DNA from: Chlorokybus atmophyticus
Lineage: Eukaryota > Plantae > Mesostigma and Chlorokybus algae
Assembly: GCA_009103225.1 (NCBI GenBank)
Contig: RHPI01002368.1
Location: forward strand, 140,248-164,052
DNA: 23,805 nucleotides
Direction of reading: 5' to 3'
In this document: positions 19,418 through 23,805 of the stretch, piece by piece
How the letters are laid out: every line of letters starts with the position of its first letter
Numbering within the stretch: position 1 is the first letter of the stretch
Position numbers and translations under genes: made by a program
Notes under the pieces: generated by a model
Seen by the model: only the letters and a program-made list of their open reading frames with translations
Told to the model about the DNA's origin: nothing
Databases searched by the model: none

Positions 19418-22400
19418 ATGTCTGGCCTGATGCCTGTTCTCCTTCACGTACCCTTTGTCGTACTTGTCCTCCTTCTTGTGCATGTCGGTGTTGGTGTCAA
19501 GGCGGATGATGTTGACCCCCTCACACCCCTCCCGCCACGCGAATGCGGATGGGACCTTGTCTGGAGCGATGAGTTTGCTGGCCCTCAGGTGTGCATGTGT
19601 GTGCATGTGTGGTTGTAATTGTTTGTTGACTTGCATGCACGTGCGCTGACATGCACGCATGCACATGCACTGTCTCAGCTTGACGGAAGCAAGTGGACTC
19701 CGCAAGTTGATTGTTGGGGAGGGGGCAACAACGAGGCGCAGTGCTACACGTCAAGAAGCGACAACGTCTACATTGACACTGTAAGTGGCCTGCATTCCCA
19801 CCTTCCCCTCACACTCTCTGATATGACAACATATACACAATGTTGTTGGCACGCTGCAGAACACTGGCCAGCTGGCTCTGCGAGCAACATACGAGCAATT
19901 CACCACCAATGGCACAGGCTGCACCCAGAATGACGGCTGTGCCGGCACCCGAGACGTAAGCCACCCACCCACCCACACATACCCACCCACCCACATACCC
20001 ACATACCCACATACCAACATCCTCCCCCCAAACAGTACACAAGTGGCAAGGTCATGACGGACGGCAAGGCGGCCTGGACCTATGGTTTTGTTAGTGTGAG
20101 GGCGAAGGTCCCTAAGGGACAGGGTTTATGGCCCGCGGTGTGGATGATGCCCGAGGATGACAAGTATGGGGGTTGGGCGGCGAGCGGGGAGATCGACATA
20201 CTGGAAACGACGTGAGTGGTGATGGTGTTGTTGTTGTTGTGGGTAATGCTGTTGCTGTTGGTAGTGTTTTCGTTGGGTTGTGGTTGTGGTTGTGCTGGCC
20301 GGTGATGGTGGTCTTGTTGTGCTCACATCTTGTTGTTGTTGTTGTTGTTGTTGTTGTGTGTTTAACCCATCGTGTGTGTTGGTTCTGTAGTGGTCAAACC
20401 ACAAACACCGCGCAAGGCACAATCTTCTACGGCGACAACTGGCCGAGGCAAGTCTCCCACACGAGCGGGAAGGTGTGGTTGCTACCTGTTTACGACACAA
20501 GTGTGTACGTGTGTGATTGTGTGTAAAGTTTTCATACAAAGTAAAATGCGCAGACGGAGTTCTCATGCGTGGAGGACTTGTCGGCGGACTTCCACACGTA
20601 CTCGCTCGAGTGGGGGAGAGACTACCTACGGTGGTTTGTCGATGGCACGGTGTTCTTCACTCAGGTGCTGATGCTGGGATCCATGTGTGCGAAGGGGTGT
20701 TACTGGAACGCACACACGCACACGCACACGCACACACACCATGACTCAATGCACGACTGAACTAACTCAACTCCAGGCCTTGAATCGGTCCTTCACCGAG
20801 CCGGGTCAAGCCTCCCACTACAGCGCTTTCCGCCAGCCGTTCGACCAGCCTTTCTTCCTCATACTCAACCTCGCAGGCAAGCACGACACAGAATTATTAT
20901 TTGCACCTTCCTGAGACTTGTATCATCATCAATTGGCTGACCATAATCGTATGACAGTTGGCGGGAATTATGGCGGACAGCTGGACTCGACAACACCGTG
21001 GGACAACAACGAGCTTCGCATAGACTGGGTAACGAACAAACACAACAACACGCACAGTGAGCACACAAATGTGCACATATGCACATGCACGCGCGCACAC
21101 ATGTGGATGCAAGCGTGCACGTGCGCAACACGCACACATGCACCTACACACGCACACGCGCACGCTCACGCACACATCATTATCAGCAAAAACCACACAC
21201 ACACAATGACCTTTGCCTCCCACCCTCAGGTGAGCATCTATCAGCGCCCAGACAACGCTTCCCCCTCCACGTACGACGATGGCCACGCCATGCGCACCTG
21301 TTTCGACCTCACGACCGACATCGCCGGCGCGGCCGTAGCGTCAAACTGCAGAGCAAAATCAAACCTAACACCCGTAAGTGTGTGTGCGTGTGTGTGTGTG
21401 TGTGTGCGCGTGCGCGTGTGTTAACATGTGGTTGTATTGTACCGCTACCACGCTTGTTGTTTGGGATTACACACTCACAAATGTTGTGTCTCTTACTCAG
21501 GATTCGCAGTGTGGTGTGTTGTCCTGGGTCTGCTCCTCCGGCGGCGTCCCCTGCGGCCCGTCTCGTTCCAACTGTTCCAGTCCAGAGTTATCGACCAACC
21601 TCGACTGGGCCATGGACGCGTACTACCAGCGAGTGCGGGAACGGCAGGACGGAGGGGCGTGCGTGTTCGGGGGGGCGGGGGAGACGTACTTCCCGGAGAC
21701 GGCGTGTGAGTGGGGAGATGTGTGTGTTTATGCGCATCTGTGTGCGCAGCAGTGTGCATATGCATGCCCACTTATGCGTGTGCATACCCAACAAGACTGA
21801 TACCGATGCTTGCTTTCGTGTGGCCACAGGTACCCCCGGTGCCGATAGCAATCTATCTCCGCCTCCCCCAGTGTACTCCCCACCGCCTCCATCACCCCCA
21901 CCTCCTCCTCCTCCTCCTCCTCCATCCCCTCCACCACCACAACCGCCTTCCCCTTCCCCTCCTCCCCCAGCCTTGTCTACTCCCCCCACGCCACCATCTG
22001 AACTGAAACCAACTCCGCCTCCTCCTCGTCCTCCTCCTCCACGAAAGTCACCACCTCCTCCTCCACCTCCCCTAAGACAGTCACCACCGCCTCCTCCTCT
22101 ATCTCGTCCTCCTTCACCACCCCCTCCGCGCAGATCACCGCCTCCTTCTCCCCCTCCTCCTCGACCTCCTGCTCCTTCACCTCCTCCCTCAAAGAAGTCA
22201 CCTCCACCTTTTCCCCCTCCTCCGCGTCCTGCTTCTCCTCCACCTGCTCCTCCGCGCAAGTCACCCCCGCCGCCTCCGCCTCCTCGTCCGCGTTCTCCTC
22301 CTCCGCCTCCCCCACCCAGACGCTCTCCTCCACCCCCTCCTCCTCCTCGACCACGTTCTCCTCCGCCACCTCCCCCACCAAGGCCCTCTCCTCCTCCCCC

Positions 22401-22839
22401 GCCTCCACCGTCGAGAAAGCCACCGCCTCCTGCACCAGGAGGAGTAGGCGCAGTGAAAAGGACTCCTCCTCCTTCACCAAGGAGAACACCTCCGCCACCT
22501 CCACCAACAAGGAGATCACTCCCTCCACCACCAAGGAGGACATCACCTCCTCCACCAGCAAGGAGATCACCTCCTCCTTCTCCTCCTCCTCTTCGTCGTC
22601 CTCCTCCTGTAGGAGTCAGGAAGTCTCCTCCTCCACCTGCACCAAGGCAATCCCCTCCTCTTCCTTCTCCTCCTGTGCCAGCACTACGGTTGCCGCCTCC
22701 CTCAGCACTAGCGACGACAAGGAGGCCGCCCATGTCGCCGCCGCCATTGGCCCCGAAGGCGCCCCTGACGCCGGAGCAAAGGAGGAGGAGGAGGAGAAGA
22801 AGAAACCAGCGAAGGTCGCCTCCTCCCCCTTCATTTTAA
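19418..22839 (+). CDS. Secreted GH16 (laminarinase/beta-1,3-glucanase-like) + X8/CBM43-like domain + extensin-like Pro-rich tail, 755 aa. Exons 19418-19588, 19679-19780, 19860-19955, 20036-20211, 20391-20472, 20554-20664, 20777-20876, 20958-21028, 21230-21373, 21501-21705, 21830-22839
   Basis: The 11 exons splice in frame (2268 nt). Hydrophobic signal peptide. GH16 motifs WDLVWSDEF, WGGGNNEAQCY, YTSGK, GLWPAVWMMP, GWAASGEIDILE (ExDxxE at 20189-20206), FHTYSLEW, PFDQPFFLILNLAVGG, LRIDWVSIYQ. X8-like NCRAKS..LSWVC..C..NC..LDWAMDAYYQ..GACVFGGAG. Then ~330 aa of SPPPP-type repeats. Confidence 0.92.
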
Positions 22840-23787
22840 CTGAGTGTCTGCACTGGTCAGTAATTAGTCACCCATTGGTTGGTCCATTTTTTGAGTAGTC
22901 ACTTAGGTGCAAGTAATTGGGCTGGTAAGTTACTTATATGGTGCTATGGCTATGGTTTACTTTATAGGATTACTCGTCTATGACTATTTTGTATGTGTGT
23001 ATCTGTAAGCAGCAGCGACAGCTCACAAGGGCTGAGGAGATCTGACTTTGCCTTATTACGGGTTAGCACGAGCTGTTGCAGTACTTCCACTGCTGTGTGA
23101 TTTTGGATACATGCGTGCGCGCGGGTATCATATCTGCACTCGTGCGCACATGCGTCTTGTATTGAATGCTTTCTGGTCTTTGTGCTGTCTGCTTGACACA
23201 ACTACATGCGCAGATGTCTGCGCATGTGTTGATGCGCAAGTAGTCGCATGCCTTTACAGACTCTGTGAATACAAAACGCTGACGGAATTCACTGCGTGCA
23301 ATGCATGCTTTGCACACACACACGGTATGCATGACAGGCATCACACACGCATAGGCAACAGCAGCACTCAGTTCAGCAATCACCGTGTATGTGCGCGTGT
23401 GTGCAAGCGTGCGTGGTGTGCGGCTCATGCACAGGCGTGCATGTGTGTGCAGACAACAGAGTGCACACGGGATCACAGGCCTCCACGTCAGCAGATGTGT
23501 GTGTGCGCTCTCGTGCATGACTCATTTCTGCCAAAATGCTCTTGCGTCAAATTTGGAGCAAAAACAGTTTCAACAACATGTAGGTATAGTCCAAACTTGC
23601 ACAGACACACGCTCACACACGCGCATACGGACACTGACATACTTGCACGCATTCAATGACAGTCACAGAAGTGTGTCAGCGTGTTCTCGCGCGCATGTGC
23701 ACGTACCCACCTGTAATGCACTCGGATGTTGGACACAACCGAAACTCTACATTATCAAAAGTAAATTGCGCTCACCGGGAAGGGGAC

Positions 23788-23805
23788 GGGGGGGGGGGGG
23801 GGGGG
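23788..23805 (+). repeat. Poly-G run at the window end
   Basis: 18 consecutive G; may continue beyond the window or be a sequencing/assembly artefact. Confidence 0.8.

Noticed and set aside
21079-21829. N-terminal part of the 586-aa ORF 21079-22839
   Set aside because: It reads through introns and out-of-frame exons; only 21830-22839 is coding in this frame.
21588-22733. 381-aa Gly-rich ORF and Glu/Val-rich ORFs on the - strand
   Set aside because: These are antisense shadows of the Pro-rich exon of the GH16 gene.

Overview
Eukaryotic genomic DNA, most likely from a green alga (inferred from short GT-AG introns rich in CA/GT repeats and an extensin-type wall protein). There are three zones. 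(1) About 0.9-9.6 kb is a decayed multi-gene cassette built around a Plavaka-type (CACTA/CMC-related) transposase on the - strand (6288-8206). On the + strand it carries an OTU-like deubiquitinase, an RBBP6-like RING domain, and a Zn-finger + Tudor + C5 cytosine DNA methyltransferase fusion. It also holds a small spliced orphan gene with an open frame, transcribed away from the transposase. Non-coding spacers contain arrays of palindromic ACCA-N4/N6-TGGT motifs. I read this as a large DNA transposon carrying a chromatin toolkit (histone reader, DNA methylation writer, ubiquitin writer and eraser), but its ends are not resolved. (2) About 9.6-19.3 kb is intergenic DNA with TE debris: a (CA)48 tract, a 735-bp TA-flanked Tc1/mariner-pogo-type MITE, a 551-bp TRIM (mini LTR retrotransposon) and a degenerate Ty3/Gypsy pol. 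(3) 19418-22839 is an intact 11-exon host gene for a secreted 755-aa chimera: laminarinase-type GH16 + X8/CBM43-like domain + basic extensin-like Pro-rich tail. All domain calls come from motif recognition by eye; no database search was run.
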